Shown piece after piece: positions 14,410-25,411 of a stretch of 64,000 nucleotides of DNA. Made by a program: the position numbers and the translations under genes. Every line of letters begins with the position of its first letter. The first letter of the stretch is position 1. The DNA comes from Escherichia phage vB_EcoM_G2285. Below the pieces are notes generated by a model. That model was not told the DNA's origin. It worked only from the letters and a program-made list of their open reading frames with translations, and searched no databases. The stretch lies in sequence record MK327933.1. The stretch is one strand, 5' to 3'.

Positions 14410-14440
14410 TTTAAAAACGAAGAAAGGGGCCGAAGCCCCT
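14410..14440 (-). terminator. Intrinsic terminator after hoc (GGGGC-ttcg-GCCCC plus T-run)
   Basis: Hairpin with tetraloop followed by T-run on minus strand just past the hoc stop. Confidence 0.6.
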
Positions 14441-14445
14441 TACGA

Positions 14446-15576
14446 TTATGGATATGTATAGATGATACCAGTTTCCAAAGCAGTTTTATGGATGATGTAT
14501 CCATTACGTGATTCTTGAACATCAACTTCTGGATAGTCTTTCAACATCTTCTGAAGAGTGTAACGATGCAGGTAGTATTTACTATCCGGATCTTCAGTTT
14601 TCCAATCTTTACCTTCTTCAGTCATTTTTTGTATTTCATCCATAACCCACCAACCGCACCAGATGTAAGCTGAAGTACGATGTGGAAGAGGATGAACATA
14701 AGGTAATTCACCTTCTGGTTCTGGAGCAACTTTATCAGTTACCTGAACTTGACCTTCCGCTGTAATAGTTTTGCTATCATAATCAGTAGCAGTAACAGTA
14801 GCAGTAACTTCAATAGTTTGACTTCCAATAGATGAGGTATCAACGGTATATACATTAGTTGACCCTTCTACAGGAGAAGAATCTTTCTTCCATGAATACG
14901 TAATTTGCGCTTCTTCTGGAGCATCCGTAACATTAGCCGTAAATGTAGCTGAAGCATCTTGCTGAACGTTAATAGAAGGAGGAGTCAATGTAACCTGTGG
15001 ATTCATTGTCTTCTTATTAACCGTTAATGATACTTCATTCGAAGTAACTTCCTTTGCATCATAATCTGTCGCGGTTACTTGGGCTACACATTTAATTCTT
15101 TTTACTCCACTTGTAGTTGGAGTATAGCTAAATGTAGAGTTAGTTTCTCCACCAACCTGTGAATCATCTACATACCATTGATAAGTAGCGTTTGCGCCCG
15201 ATGGCTGCGAAGCTAAAGCGGCAGTAAATTCAATAGCTGTTCCGATTACTCCAGCTGAAGGGCTATTAGGAGTTACGGCTAAGGTAGTCGACTGTGTCTT
15301 ATTTTTAACTGTGATAGTTGTTGTCGCTTCAGCCGTTTCCGGGCCTCCTTCAGAAAGTGTATTTGTTGCAACAACTTTAATTGTTTTTGTTCCAGCAGGT
15401 CCTTTTAACACATAATCAAAAGTTTCTGCCGATCCTACTTGAGGAGCATCGTCTACACTCCATGCATAGGTAATAGTTCCGCCTCCAGTTTCACCACTGG
15501 GTGTAGCAGTAAACTGCTGAGTCTGATCTATAACTCCGGTAGGTGTTTTAGGAGTTATATCAACTGTAAAAGCCAT
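14446..15576 (-). CDS. hoc: Highly immunogenic outer capsid protein Hoc (Ig-like repeats)
   Basis: 376 aa, matches remembered T4 Hoc along its length. Confidence 0.9.
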   Translation of the reverse strand: MAFTVDITPKTPTGVIDQTQQFTATPSGETGGGTITYAWSVDDAPQVGSAETFDYVLKGPAGTKTIKVVATNTLSEGGPETAEATTTITVKNKTQSTTLAVTPNSPSAGVIGTAIEFTAALASQPSGANATYQWYVDDSQVGGETNSTFSYTPTTSGVKRIKCVAQVTATDYDAKEVTSNEVSLTVNKKTMNPQVTLTPPSINVQQDASATFTANVTDAPEEAQITYSWKKDSSPVEGSTNVYTVDTSSIGSQTIEVTATVTATDYDSKTITAEGQVQVTDKVAPEPEGELPYVHPLPHRTSAYIWCGWWVMDEIQKMTEEGKDWKTEDPDSKYYLHRYTLQKMLKDYPEVDVQESRNGYIIHKTALETGIIYTYP

Positions 15577-15585
15577 AAGTTATCC

Positions 15586-16254
15586 TTATTTTAATGTTAC
15601 GAAAGAAGAATTGCGTGTTTCACGAATTAAAACTGATCCATCGCGATTAATATAATAAATTAAGCTAAATAATGTTTGGTGAGCAGAAGCGTGCACAAAA
15701 CTAGTTGGGCGAGATTTCCAATCTGGGGTTTCGGCTATCCATTGATAAATCCACCAAGGAACAGTAACATATCCTGGGCCTTTGCCTAATTTAATGAGTG
15801 TAGGACTAAAATTTTCAGGCAGAACAAATTTTACTTCTTTATTTACCTCTGTCTCAGGCTCTTTTTCAGATTCAATAACCTGAGTAATTGCTTCTTCGAA
15901 TTTATCATGGTCGAATTCTTTTTCTTGTTCGACAACTTCTAATACTTCAACTTGTTCTGTTGGAGAATCAAACAACAGAATAGCTTCTTCTTTAACTTCT
16001 TCGTTGGTGAAATTAACACCGTCCACATCATCTGCGGCAGTAATTAAATCGGTGATAGATAATCCATCAGTTTCAGGTAATGGTTCATCAGCCAGTGCGT
16101 TAAGAGCTTCTTCGATATCAATAACAATATTATCGAATGATTTTGTTTTCTTAACACTAATGCCAAATTGTTTCGCATATTCGAACAGTTTAGCTTTGGC
16201 TTCCTTTTTATCAGAAAGAGCACGTAACTCTTCAATATAGTCTTTATCGATCAT
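15586..16254 (-). CDS. inh: Inh, inhibitor of prohead protease gp21
   Basis: 222 aa acidic protein between hoc and uvsW as in T4. Confidence 0.7.
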   Translation of the reverse strand: MIDKDYIEELRALSDKKEAKAKLFEYAKQFGISVKKTKSFDNIVIDIEEALNALADEPLPETDGLSITDLITAADDVDGVNFTNEEVKEEAILLFDSPTEQVEVLEVVEQEKEFDHDKFEEAITQVIESEKEPETEVNKEVKFVLPENFSPTLIKLGKGPGYVTVPWWIYQWIAETPDWKSRPTSFVHASAHQTLFSLIYYINRDGSVLIRETRNSSFVTLK

Positions 16255-16267
16255 GATATTTCCTCAT

Positions 16268-16275
16268 TATAAATA
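16268..16275 (+). promoter_or_regulatory. Late promoter TATAAATA upstream of uvsW
   Basis: Exact TATAAATA 30 nt before the uvsW ATG. Confidence 0.5.
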
Positions 16276-16304
16276 TAACTATATTTATTACATGGTAATT
16301 TGAC

Positions 16305-17819
16305 ATGACTGACATTAAAGTACATTTTTATGATTTTAGTCACGTGCGCATTGAATGCGACGAAAGTACGTTTTACGAACTTCGTGACTTTTTTAGCTTT
16401 GAAGCTGACGGGTATAAATTTAACCCAAAATATCGCTATGGGAACTGGGATGGTAGAATTCGACTTTTAGATTACAATCGTTTGTTACCATATGGACTTG
16501 TAGGACAAATAAAAAAGTTCTGTAACAATATGAGTTATTCTGTATGGATTGACCCTAAAATCTTTGAGACCGAAGACCTTACCAGGGAAGATTTTGACGC
16601 ATGGCTTTCTAAACAAGAAATTTATTCAGGCAACGCCAAAATCGAACCGCATTGGTATCAAAAAGATGCAGTATATGAAGGACTAGTTAATCGTCGTCGA
16701 ATTTTAAACCTTCCGACATCAGCAGGTAAATCACTAATCCAAGCACTTTTAGCTCGGTATTATCTAGAGAACTATGAAGGTAAAATTCTCATTATCGTCC
16801 CTACAACAGCATTGACAACCCAGATGGCTAATGATTTTGTTGATTATCGCTTGTTTAGTCATTCGATGATTAAGAAAATTGGCGGTGGTGCTGATAAAGC
16901 GGACAGAGCTAAAAACGACGCTCCAATTATTGTTGGCACATGGCAAACAGTAGTTAAGCAGCCTAAAGAATGGTTCTCTCAGTTCGGTATGATGATGAAC
17001 GATGAATGCCACTTAGCAACAGGCAAAAGTATTTCTTCAATCATCTCAGGATTAAATAATTGCATGTTTAAATTCGGTTTATCCGGCTCATTAAGAGACG
17101 GAAAAGCCAATGTAATGCAGTACGTAGGTATGTTCGGTGAAATCTTCCGTCCTGTTAGCACGTCTAAATTAATGGAAGATGGACAGGTAACTGAGCTTAA
17201 GATTAATAGTATTTTCCTTCGTTATCCGGACGAATTCACCATTAAATTAAAAGGTAAAACATACCAAGAAGAAGTTAAAATTATTACCGGACTAAAACGA
17301 CGTACAAAGTGGATTGCTCAACTTTCAGTCAAATTGGCTAAGAAAGACGAGAACGCCTTTGTAATGTTTAAACACGTTACACACGGTAAAGAAATATTTG
17401 AAGCTATTAAAGAGCTTGGATACGAAAAAGTTTATTACGTATCAGGTGAAGTTGATACCGAAACACGTAACGCGCTTAAAGTCATGGCAGAAAATGGTAA
17501 AGGCATTATTATTGTCGCATCATATGGAGTATTCTCTACTGGTATTTCAGTCAAGAATCTTCATCATGTTATTTTTGCCCATGGTGTTAAATCAAAAATT
17601 ATCGTACTTCAAACCGTAGGTCGCGTGCTTCGTAAGCATGGTTCTAAAGCTGTTGCTACAGTTTGGGATCTCATCGATGACGCAGGTGTAAAACCTAAAT
17701 CATTAAATACTAAAAAGAAGTATACTCATCTTAATTACTTGTTAAAACACGGTATTGATCGTATCCAACGTTACGCTGATGAGAAATTTAACTATGTAAT
17801 GAAAACAATTAATTTATAA
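16305..17819 (+). CDS. uvsW: UvsW DNA/RNA helicase (SF2)
   Basis: 504 aa; Walker A LPTSAGKS and DECH box. Confidence 0.9.
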   Translation: MTDIKVHFYDFSHVRIECDESTFYELRDFFSFEADGYKFNPKYRYGNWDGRIRLLDYNRLLPYGLVGQIKKFCNNMSYSVWIDPKIFETEDLTREDFDAWLSKQEIYSGNAKIEPHWYQKDAVYEGLVNRRRILNLPTSAGKSLIQALLARYYLENYEGKILIIVPTTALTTQMANDFVDYRLFSHSMIKKIGGGADKADRAKNDAPIIVGTWQTVVKQPKEWFSQFGMMMNDECHLATGKSISSIISGLNNCMFKFGLSGSLRDGKANVMQYVGMFGEIFRPVSTSKLMEDGQVTELKINSIFLRYPDEFTIKLKGKTYQEEVKIITGLKRRTKWIAQLSVKLAKKDENAFVMFKHVTHGKEIFEAIKELGYEKVYYVSGEVDTETRNALKVMAENGKGIIIVASYGVFSTGISVKNLHHVIFAHGVKSKIIVLQTVGRVLRKHGSKAVATVWDLIDDAGVKPKSLNTKKKYTHLNYLLKHGIDRIQRYADEKFNYVMKTINL

Positions 17820-17833
17820 GGGCTTCGGCCCTT
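17818..17833 (+). terminator. Hairpin after uvsW (AAGGGC-ttcg-GCCCTT)
   Basis: UUCG tetraloop hairpin; weak downstream U-run, may be a stability hairpin. Confidence 0.35.
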
Positions 17834-17844
17834 AGGAGATAAAA

Positions 17845-18075
17845 ATGGTACTTGAATTTAAACAATTTTTATACGAAGCATCTATTGACGAATTCATGGG
17901 TAAAATTGCTAGTTGTCATACCCTAGAAGGGCTTGAAGAATTGGAAGCTTATTATAAGAAACGTATAAAAGAAACGGAATTAAAAGATACAGATGATATT
18001 TCTGTCAGGGATGCCTTAGCAGGTAAGCGTGCCGAACTTGAAGGCGATGATGAGGATGAGGAAGAAGACTTCTAA
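17845..18075 (+). CDS. uvsW.1: UvsW.1
   Basis: 76 aa acidic-tailed ORF immediately after uvsW, as in T4. Confidence 0.7.
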   Translation: MVLEFKQFLYEASIDEFMGKIASCHTLEGLEELEAYYKKRIKETELKDTDDISVRDALAGKRAELEGDDEDEEEDF

Positions 18076-18077
18076 TT

Positions 18078-18107
18078 AAAAAAAGGCCCGACCTTTTTGG
18101 AAGGGCC
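18078..18107 (-). terminator. Intrinsic terminator for the uvsY operon (GGCCC...GGGCC plus T7 on minus strand)
   Basis: GC stem followed by a 7-nt T-run on the minus strand, downstream of the 55-aa ORF. Confidence 0.45.
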
Positions 18108-18132
18108 AAAAACCATAGGCAAAAAGGTAACA

Positions 18133-18300
18133 CTATAGTAAAAGTTGGGTTTCGTTCAATTGCTCTTCTGAACTTTCTGAAACCGGCAATTGTTGGACAT
18201 AATTATAACAAGGACCAGGATGTGCTGGGCCTTTGTCTGTTTCAACAACCAATGCAGAATCGATTGGAGTTTTACAGACAACACAAATCTTATCTGACAT
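18133..18300 (-). CDS. UvsY.-2-like small protein (55 aa, two CxxC motifs)
   Basis: Hand-translated ORF below the 60-aa track cutoff: MSDKICVVCK...PGPCYNY...; position as T4 uvsY.-2. Confidence 0.5.
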   Translation of the reverse strand: MSDKICVVCKTPIDSALVVETDKGPAHPGPCYNYVQQLPVSESSEEQLNETQLLL

Positions 18301-18332
18301 GATTGCCTCCTAAGTTGAAATTACATATCTAT

Positions 18333-18557
18333 TTATACAACTCTCATATGCATATCAATGCCCATATCTTTAGAATAAAAATATTCATCAAGATATCCGG
18401 CAAATTTTCCTTTAATATAAAGGACGTCTTCACCACACGGGTGGTTCGCCAGAATACGAATATCCTGACGACGTAGACGATACTTTTCCATTAAGAATTT
18501 AATTTCAGTTTCAAATTCTTCGTCATTATTAAAGGCATCTTCAATTGAATAACGCAT
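18333..18557 (-). CDS. UvsY.-1-like protein
   Basis: 74 aa ORF directly downstream of uvsY. Confidence 0.6.
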   Translation of the reverse strand: MRYSIEDAFNNDEEFETEIKFLMEKYRLRRQDIRILANHPCGEDVLYIKGKFAGYLDEYFYSKDMGIDMHMRVV

Positions 18558-18970
18558 TATTGCCCCGCTTCAAATTCTCGCATATCCTGGATATGTTTAA
18601 GTGCAAAACTACGAGACTTAACTGCGTCAAGTGCACCACTACAGAACTCAAGTAAAATTCCCCAGTATTGTAAAGTAGTCTCTATTTTAAGCACATCTTT
18701 ATCTGCAGCCAGGACAGTTTTCATTTCAGATTTCTCATATCGGTCCATACTGAATTCATCACCATCACCTCGTCCCGAGTAGTAGTCTAATCTTGCTTTT
18801 AGAGCAGTTTTCTTCTGAGTCTCTACACGCAACATTTCTTTACGAATAAATGAGTGCTTACGTAGCCATTTGCTGTATAACTTAACATTATTCGCCGTCT
18901 CATATTGCAACTTTGTCGTATCAATAGCTAAGTCTGCGTCTAACTCTTCCTGTAAATCTTCCAGCTTCAT
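18557..18970 (-). CDS. uvsY: UvsY recombination mediator
   Basis: 137 aa, matches remembered T4 UvsY. Confidence 0.9.
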   Translation of the reverse strand: MKLEDLQEELDADLAIDTTKLQYETANNVKLYSKWLRKHSFIRKEMLRVETQKKTALKARLDYYSGRGDGDEFSMDRYEKSEMKTVLAADKDVLKIETTLQYWGILLEFCSGALDAVKSRSFALKHIQDMREFEAGQ

Positions 18971-19024
18971 AATATTCTCTCTTTAACTAATAATCTCCCG
19001 GCTGTATCGGAAGGACCTAAAACC

Positions 19025-19050
19025 ATTATACATAGGTTGCCTTGAAGCAT
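19025..19050 (-). promoter_or_regulatory. Middle promoter for uvsY (MotA box TGCTTCA plus TATAAT)
   Basis: MotA-box-like element 12 nt upstream of a perfect TATAAT. Confidence 0.45.
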
Positions 19051-19448
19051 TACACTCTATTGCTTGACGCTAACTGAAGTTTAATTTGTTCAATATCGTC
19101 AGGGTTGTCTACGACTGAAAATCTAATCTCTACTATAACAGTATAGTCATCATATACTGGCGTTACACTTACAGAAAGTTTGTCGATGCGTGGCTCATAG
19201 TTACGAACAGCCGCCTGGATATTACGCTCAATCGTATCGGCTGTAAGTGGTGTCATGTTCTCGAAAAGTTCGTCGACCAAATCGCATCCAAATTCAGGGT
19301 CGAAGGGGCGTGAGCCTTTTCTAGTTGTCACTATACCAAGAAGACTATTTTTAATAGAACGAAGTCCTACAGAACGAGCAACGTCCTTGTTCCAATCCAT
19401 ACGCATTTCTGGGTCGATATCTGAATAAAGTTTATTGATATTAGACAT
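19050..19448 (-). CDS. 25: Baseplate wedge protein gp25
   Basis: 132 aa, T4 gp25-like. Confidence 0.9.
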   Translation of the reverse strand: MSNINKLYSDIDPEMRMDWNKDVARSVGLRSIKNSLLGIVTTRKGSRPFDPEFGCDLVDELFENMTPLTADTIERNIQAAVRNYEPRIDKLSVSVTPVYDDYTVIVEIRFSVVDNPDDIEQIKLQLASSNRV

Positions 19449-20074
19449 TATAGTAACTCAAAGAATTCTTTGAGGCCTCGTATTGTGTGAACGTGTGACG
19501 CCCCACATTTGGGACATTTAATAGGGGTTGCTAGATAAATTGATGGTGATACTAAAAGATTTTTAATATTGATCATGTCATCTTCTGTTATAAGGCCGTA
19601 AAGGTCGTTTATTTCTGCTTCAGTTAAATCTTCAACAGGGATGGACTCTCCATTGACAAAAACGGCCTCAATACATGAAGCAATCATTAATGCGATATTT
19701 TTATCGTCAAATAATTTAGGTTGTCGGAACTTAATTTTAATACCGCTGAACGAATACCAGGGATCGGCCTGTTCATCTAATTGAGTGTGCAATAAATTCA
19801 TATAGACTTGAAATGAATGCCCACAGGAACAATTCCAGGTGTGTTCTTGATTCACTTCACCTAATGAATGTGCCCACAGATTTACCAACAATAGCTCTGC
19901 TTCTTGTTTAGTCAAGTTTTTAGCATTAGAGCAATTAGTGATAATATTGTTCACTGCGGATTCAATAGTACCGGTAGCCCGCGCACCTATGAGTCCTAAA
20001 TATTCTTTTAAAGTAAAGGCTCTACAATTCACTTCTTTATCGCCTAAACGTACGGTAAACGTATATTTGTACAT
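19448..20074 (-). CDS. 26: Baseplate hub protein gp26
   Basis: 208 aa, position and size as T4 gp26. Confidence 0.85.
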   Translation of the reverse strand: MYKYTFTVRLGDKEVNCRAFTLKEYLGLIGARATGTIESAVNNIITNCSNAKNLTKQEAELLLVNLWAHSLGEVNQEHTWNCSCGHSFQVYMNLLHTQLDEQADPWYSFSGIKIKFRQPKLFDDKNIALMIASCIEAVFVNGESIPVEDLTEAEINDLYGLITEDDMINIKNLLVSPSIYLATPIKCPKCGASHVHTIRGLKEFFELL

Positions 20075-20092
20075 GTTAACTCCTTTATTGTG

Positions 20093-20104
20093 TATTTATA
20101 AATA
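20093..20104. promoter_or_regulatory. Divergent late promoter palindrome TATTTATAAATA (gene 26 leftward, gene 51 rightward)
   Basis: TATAAATA reads on both strands in a 12-bp palindrome between divergent genes 26 and 51. Confidence 0.55.
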
Positions 20105-20121
20105 ATAGAAAAGGAGTAATT

Positions 20122-20874
20122 ATGGCTAATATAATTCGTTGTAAATTACCGGATGGTGTTCATCGTTTTAAGCCGTTCACCGTGGCGGATTATAGAGACT
20201 TTTTACTAGTTAGAAATGATATCGAACATCGTTCGCCACAAGAACAAAAAGAAATAATTGCCGATCTGATTGATGATTATTTTAACGAATACCCTAAAAC
20301 ATGGCAACCATTTATATTCCTGCAAGTTTTTGCAGGCTCTATAGGCAAAACAAAAGTTCCCGTTATTTTCACTTGCCCTAAATGCTCTAAAGAAAAAACT
20401 GCACCATTTGAGATATATCAAAAAGAACTAGTCGAACCTGAACTTGATGTTGCTGGTATAAAAATACGTTTTTCTTTCCCTGAAAAGTTTTATGACAACA
20501 AAGCATTAATGATAAGTGAAAACATAAAAGAAATATATTATAATGATGAATGGTATCCATGGAATGATTTGACTGAAGAGAACCAAATCCAAGTAATAGA
20601 AGCAATAGACATTGACTCGCTCGAGAAGGTTATTGCTTCTATGAACCCTATTAATTTGACCCTTAGATTAGGTTGTTGTGAACATCATGTTAAAACATAT
20701 ACTGACATCTTAGAGGTTTTTAAATTGTTAGTTAACCCTGATGAGATTTTTACATTCTATCAGATAAACCATTCACTAGTAAAGAGTCAATACACATTGG
20801 ATTCTATTATGCAAATGATTCCTGTTGAACGTGGTATTGCTTTAACATTAGTAGAAAAGGACCATAAAAAATGA
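20122..20874 (+). CDS. 51: Baseplate hub assembly catalyst gp51
   Basis: 250 aa, T4 order. Confidence 0.85.
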   Translation: MANIIRCKLPDGVHRFKPFTVADYRDFLLVRNDIEHRSPQEQKEIIADLIDDYFNEYPKTWQPFIFLQVFAGSIGKTKVPVIFTCPKCSKEKTAPFEIYQKELVEPELDVAGIKIRFSFPEKFYDNKALMISENIKEIYYNDEWYPWNDLTEENQIQVIEAIDIDSLEKVIASMNPINLTLRLGCCEHHVKTYTDILEVFKLLVNPDEIFTFYQINHSLVKSQYTLDSIMQMIPVERGIALTLVEKDHKK

Positions 20875-22043
20875 CAGTATTCCAACGTCCAGGATATCCT
20901 AACTTAAGCGTTAAATTATACCAAGATTATTCGGCTTGGCAAGAAAATAGATACGTTGAACTCGCGGCAACAATAACAACTTTAACCATGCGAGATTCAC
21001 TATATGGAAGAAATGAAGGGATTCTTCAATTTTATGACACTAAAAACATCCACACTAAAATGGATGGTAGACAGATAGTTCAAATCTCTGTTTCAAATTC
21101 AAACACGCCTCTCCAAGTTAGAACTCGAATTTATGGATGTAGACATTATTCTGTGTCTGTGGACTCAAAAGGCGACAATATTATTGCAATTGAGCTTGGA
21201 ACAATACATTCTATAGAGAACCTTAAATTTGGGCGTCCATTCTTCCCAGACGCAGGCGAATCTATACGTGAAATGTTAGGTGTCATATACAAAGATCGTG
21301 CGTTAATTACTCCGCCAATAAACACTATTAATGCTTATGTTCCTGATATCCCTTGGACAAGCACATTTGATGATTATTTGGCATATGTCAGAGAATTAGG
21401 ACTTGCTACAGCGAGTGATAAGTTCGTATTCGTATGGCAAGATATTTTAGGCGTAAACATGATTGACTACGATACTCTTATTGGTCAGGAAGGCATTAAG
21501 ATGGTTGTAGGTGAGCCAAATACCGTAGGTCAGTATATTCAAGAGCTTGAGTATCCATTAGTATGGGATTTCACCTGGATGACTAAAGCCAACCAATTTA
21601 CAAGAGACCCTATTAAAAACGCCACAATATTTGCCCATTCATTTTTAGATACATCTATTCCGGTTATTGTTACAGGCGATGGTGATAATGCTATTCTTGT
21701 GTCAAGATCCGGTGGATATTCCGAAATGACCTATCGTAATGGATTTGAAGAAGCAAGTCGTCTTCAGACAATGGCTCAATATGACGGATATGCTAAATGC
21801 ACTACTACAGGTAATTTTAACATAACGCCTGCTACTAAAATTATATTTGTTGACCAAAAGAACCAATTCAAATCCGAATTTTACGTCGATGAAGTTATTC
21901 ATGAGTTATCAAATAACAACTCACAAACTCATCTGTACATGTTTACCAACTCAATGGTGTTAGAACCTGTTAACCCAGTTAAGGTTAAAAATGAACTTAA
22001 ATCTGATTCTACCTCTAAAGAAAATAATTCTACCACAGTCTAA
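20871..22043 (+). CDS. 27: Baseplate hub protein gp27
   Basis: 390 aa, T4 gp27-like. Confidence 0.9.
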   Translation: MTVFQRPGYPNLSVKLYQDYSAWQENRYVELAATITTLTMRDSLYGRNEGILQFYDTKNIHTKMDGRQIVQISVSNSNTPLQVRTRIYGCRHYSVSVDSKGDNIIAIELGTIHSIENLKFGRPFFPDAGESIREMLGVIYKDRALITPPINTINAYVPDIPWTSTFDDYLAYVRELGLATASDKFVFVWQDILGVNMIDYDTLIGQEGIKMVVGEPNTVGQYIQELEYPLVWDFTWMTKANQFTRDPIKNATIFAHSFLDTSIPVIVTGDGDNAILVSRSGGYSEMTYRNGFEEASRLQTMAQYDGYAKCTTTGNFNITPATKIIFVDQKNQFKSEFYVDEVIHELSNNNSQTHLYMFTNSMVLEPVNPVKVKNELKSDSTSKENNSTTV

Positions 22044-22524
22044 TAAAAAGGTAATGATTCCCAAATTAGGGCTCAAACATTATAATCTTTTAAAGGACGT
22101 TAAAGGCCCTGATGAAAACATGAAAATCTTAGCTGATTCTATTTGTAAAAATATGAGTCCCGCCGATTTTGATTTTGCATGTCTACACATATTGGAATTT
22201 AATAACAAACTTAAGTCTGAAGTTGAAAAAGATGGATTCACTTATAAACTAGATGACGTCTATGTATGCCAACGAACAGAATTCCAATTCCAAGGTAATA
22301 CTTTTTATTTTAGACCCCCAGGCAAATTTGAACAATTCGCTACAATCAGTGAAATGCTATCAAATTGCTTAATAAAAGTTAATGACGAAGAGAAAGAAAT
22401 TTCTTTCCTTGAGATGCCTGCTTTTGTAATCAAATGGGCAGAAGACCTTTCGACAACTATTGCTATTCCAGGCCCTAATGGCCCTATTAAGGGTATAGCA
22501 GAAATTATTGGATTGCTTGAATGA
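21991..22524 (+). CDS. 28: Baseplate hub distal subunit gp28
   Basis: 177 aa, overlaps gene 27 end as in T4. Confidence 0.85.
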   Translation: MNLNLILPLKKIILPQSNKKVMIPKLGLKHYNLLKDVKGPDENMKILADSICKNMSPADFDFACLHILEFNNKLKSEVEKDGFTYKLDDVYVCQRTEFQFQGNTFYFRPPGKFEQFATISEMLSNCLIKVNDEEKEISFLEMPAFVIKWAEDLSTTIAIPGPNGPIKGIAEIIGLLE

Positions 22525-24293
22525 AACCTGAAGAAATGAAATCCATGCGTAGAAATAAGGTCATTGCCGATAATAAACCACAAAAAGTAGCTGCAACAGC
22601 AGCTACCGATTCATTAGAAGCATTGAATGACATTTCATCAAAACTAGACGATGTCCAAGCCGCGTCTGAACTCACATCACAAAGTGTAGAAGATAAAGGC
22701 AATGGAATTATTGAATCAATTGGAGACTTAAAGAATTCGACAGATAATACTGCTGAAGGCACAGAGCTTATCGCAGAAGTTATTGAAAAACAAACTGAAG
22801 TCACTAAAAGTATAAACGAAGTTTCTAGTGCAATAAGCTCTAAGTTAGACCGATTAGCTACATTATTAGAGCAAAAATTACAAACATCTACCGCTATTCA
22901 AAATACAGGAGGCACCTCTCTTGAAGTAATTGAGAACGCAATACCTGTTAAAGTGGTTGAGAATGAAACTTCTGATGAGCTGTTTAAAGCATTCCCTACA
23001 CCTGAAAAGATTGATAATAAGCCAGACGAAGATTTCTTCCCGGCCCCGGTTCAAGAAAGTGCTAATTCTACTTCCGATTCTAAAGGCGGAATTAGCTTTA
23101 AATTGAGCGATAAAATTGCAATGCTCACCAAAACAGTTCAAGCAGGGTTTAATAAATCAATATCAATTTCAGACAGAATTGCTGGAATGCTTTTCAAATA
23201 CACTATAACGGCTGCTATTGAAGCAGCAAAAATGGCCGCACTTATTCTTGGTATTGTTATCGGTATTGATTTATTGATAGTCCATTTCAAATATTGGACA
23301 GACAAGTTCACTTCTGCCTGGGATTTATTTGATGAAAACTTTACTAAATTCTCCGATGAAGCTAAAGAGTGGGGTAAATTCTTAAGTGATATATTCACTT
23401 CTATTGACTCGATAAAACAATTGTGGGAAGCTGGGGACTGGAGTGGTTTAACCGTTGCTATTGTCAAAGGTGTAGGAACAGCATTAATGAACTTAGGTGA
23501 ACTAATTCAATTAGGAATGGCTAAACTCTCTGCGTCTATATTGCGTGCTATAGGTTTTGGCGATACAGCGGACGAAATAGAAGGACGCGCTTTGGAAGGA
23601 TTCCAAGAAACTACTGGGAACACATTAAAGAAAGAAGACCAAGAGAAAGTCGCTAAATATCAAATGAAGCGTGACGATGGGGAATTAGGAACCGTTTCTA
23701 AAGGTCTTGATATGTTACAACGCGGCAAAACATTCGTTACTAACTGGGTTCGTGGTAATGACAATAAAGAAGAGTTTAGTACAAGCGATGAGCGTGCTGC
23801 GGAATCGGCAAAATTAAAAGAGTTACCTGAAGAGGAGCGTAAAGAGGCGTATATAAAAGCTAATGAAACTCGTGCGGCACTAGTTAGATTTGAGGATTAT
23901 ATCGATAAAATCGATATGACTAATCCGGAAAATGCTAAAAACGTCGAGAAGTCTTATGCTGATTTAAGTAAACTTATTAAAGACCCTGAACTTAATAAAA
24001 CTCCTGTTGTTAAAAAGGAATTAGATGCTAGATTTGAAAAGCTAAATAATAAAATGGCTGAAGCCAAAAAGGCTCAGACAACAGTTAAGCCTGAATCTTC
24101 GTCTAAATCTCCGGAAGCAAAACAAGTTCAGTCAATAGAGAAAGGACGTGCTTCTGAATCTAAACAACAGCAACCGGTAGCGGCTATTAGTAACACAAAT
24201 AATGTCGTCAAAAAGAATACCGTAGTCCAGAATATGACCCCTGTAACAAGTACAACGGCTCCTGGAATTTTCCATGCCACCGGTGTTAATTAA
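22521..24293 (+). CDS. 29: Baseplate hub / tail length determinator gp29
   Basis: 590 aa with internal hydrophobic segment, T4 gp29 size. Confidence 0.9.
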   Translation: MKPEEMKSMRRNKVIADNKPQKVAATAATDSLEALNDISSKLDDVQAASELTSQSVEDKGNGIIESIGDLKNSTDNTAEGTELIAEVIEKQTEVTKSINEVSSAISSKLDRLATLLEQKLQTSTAIQNTGGTSLEVIENAIPVKVVENETSDELFKAFPTPEKIDNKPDEDFFPAPVQESANSTSDSKGGISFKLSDKIAMLTKTVQAGFNKSISISDRIAGMLFKYTITAAIEAAKMAALILGIVIGIDLLIVHFKYWTDKFTSAWDLFDENFTKFSDEAKEWGKFLSDIFTSIDSIKQLWEAGDWSGLTVAIVKGVGTALMNLGELIQLGMAKLSASILRAIGFGDTADEIEGRALEGFQETTGNTLKKEDQEKVAKYQMKRDDGELGTVSKGLDMLQRGKTFVTNWVRGNDNKEEFSTSDERAAESAKLKELPEEERKEAYIKANETRAALVRFEDYIDKIDMTNPENAKNVEKSYADLSKLIKDPELNKTPVVKKELDARFEKLNNKMAEAKKAQTTVKPESSSKSPEAKQVQSIEKGRASESKQQQPVAAISNTNNVVKKNTVVQNMTPVTSTTAPGIFHATGVN

Positions 24294-24301
24294 GGATTAT
24301 T

Positions 24302-25411
24302 ATGATTAGTGTAAAAGAAATAGTAGTAGATGCAAAGGATTTAAATAAAGCAATCCCAGTCTCAGAAAGTGCTGGGCAAAGCACTAAAACCGAAACAACT
24401 ACTAAAACTTATGTTGCTCAATTTCCTACAGGAAGAGCAGCCGGAAATGACTCCACAGGAGACTTCCAGGTAACAGACCTTTATAAGAATGGATTATTAT
24501 TTACCGCGTACAATATGTCTGCACGCGATTCAGGATCCCTCAGGAATTTACGTCCGGCATATGCCGGTACTTCATCTAATGGTATCATATCAGATTTAAC
24601 TGATAATGTGAAAGATGCAGTGACTAAATTCTCAAATGGCTTGCTTCCTGCCGGAGCTAATAAGTCTACTATAAACAAAACTCCTGTTGCTAATATACTT
24701 TTGCCACGTTCCAAATCTGATGTTGATACAACTTCACATCGTTTTAATGATATCGGTGATAGCCTTATTACTAAAGGTGGAGGTACTGCTACAGGTGTTT
24801 TAAGTAACATTGCTTCTACTGCAGTTTTTGGTGCATTAGATTCTATTACTCAAGGGCTTATGGCTGATAATAACGAGCAGATTTATACGACTTCTCGTAG
24901 TATGTATGGCGGTGCTGAGAACCGTACTAAAGTCTTTACATGGGATTTAACTCCTCGTTCAACTGAAGACCTTATGGCTATTATAAACATTTACCAGTAT
25001 TTTAACTATTTCTCATATGGTGAGACCGGTAAATCACAGTACGCCCAAGAGATTAAAAGTTATTTAGACGAATGGTACCGTTCAACGTTTATTGAGCCTA
25101 TGACACCAGAAGATGCAGTAAAAAATAAGACATTGTTTGAAAAGATTACTGCGTCATTAACAAATGTATTAGTTGTAAGCAACCCTACAATTTGGATGGT
25201 TAAAAACTTTGGACACACGTCTAAATTTGACGGGTTAACCGATGTATTTGGCCCATGTCAAATTCAAAGCGTACGTTTTGATAAAACTCCAAATGGACAA
25301 TTTAATGGTCTTGCTGTTGCTCCTAACTTACCATCAACATTTACGTTAGAGATAACAATGCGAGAAATTATTACATTAAACCGTTCTTCACTTTATGCGG
25401 GGACTTTCTAA
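24302..25411 (+). CDS. 48: Baseplate tail-tube junction protein gp48
   Basis: 369 aa, T4 order. Confidence 0.9.
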   Translation: MISVKEIVVDAKDLNKAIPVSESAGQSTKTETTTKTYVAQFPTGRAAGNDSTGDFQVTDLYKNGLLFTAYNMSARDSGSLRNLRPAYAGTSSNGIISDLTDNVKDAVTKFSNGLLPAGANKSTINKTPVANILLPRSKSDVDTTSHRFNDIGDSLITKGGGTATGVLSNIASTAVFGALDSITQGLMADNNEQIYTTSRSMYGGAENRTKVFTWDLTPRSTEDLMAIINIYQYFNYFSYGETGKSQYAQEIKSYLDEWYRSTFIEPMTPEDAVKNKTLFEKITASLTNVLVVSNPTIWMVKNFGHTSKFDGLTDVFGPCQIQSVRFDKTPNGQFNGLAVAPNLPSTFTLEITMREIITLNRSSLYAGTF

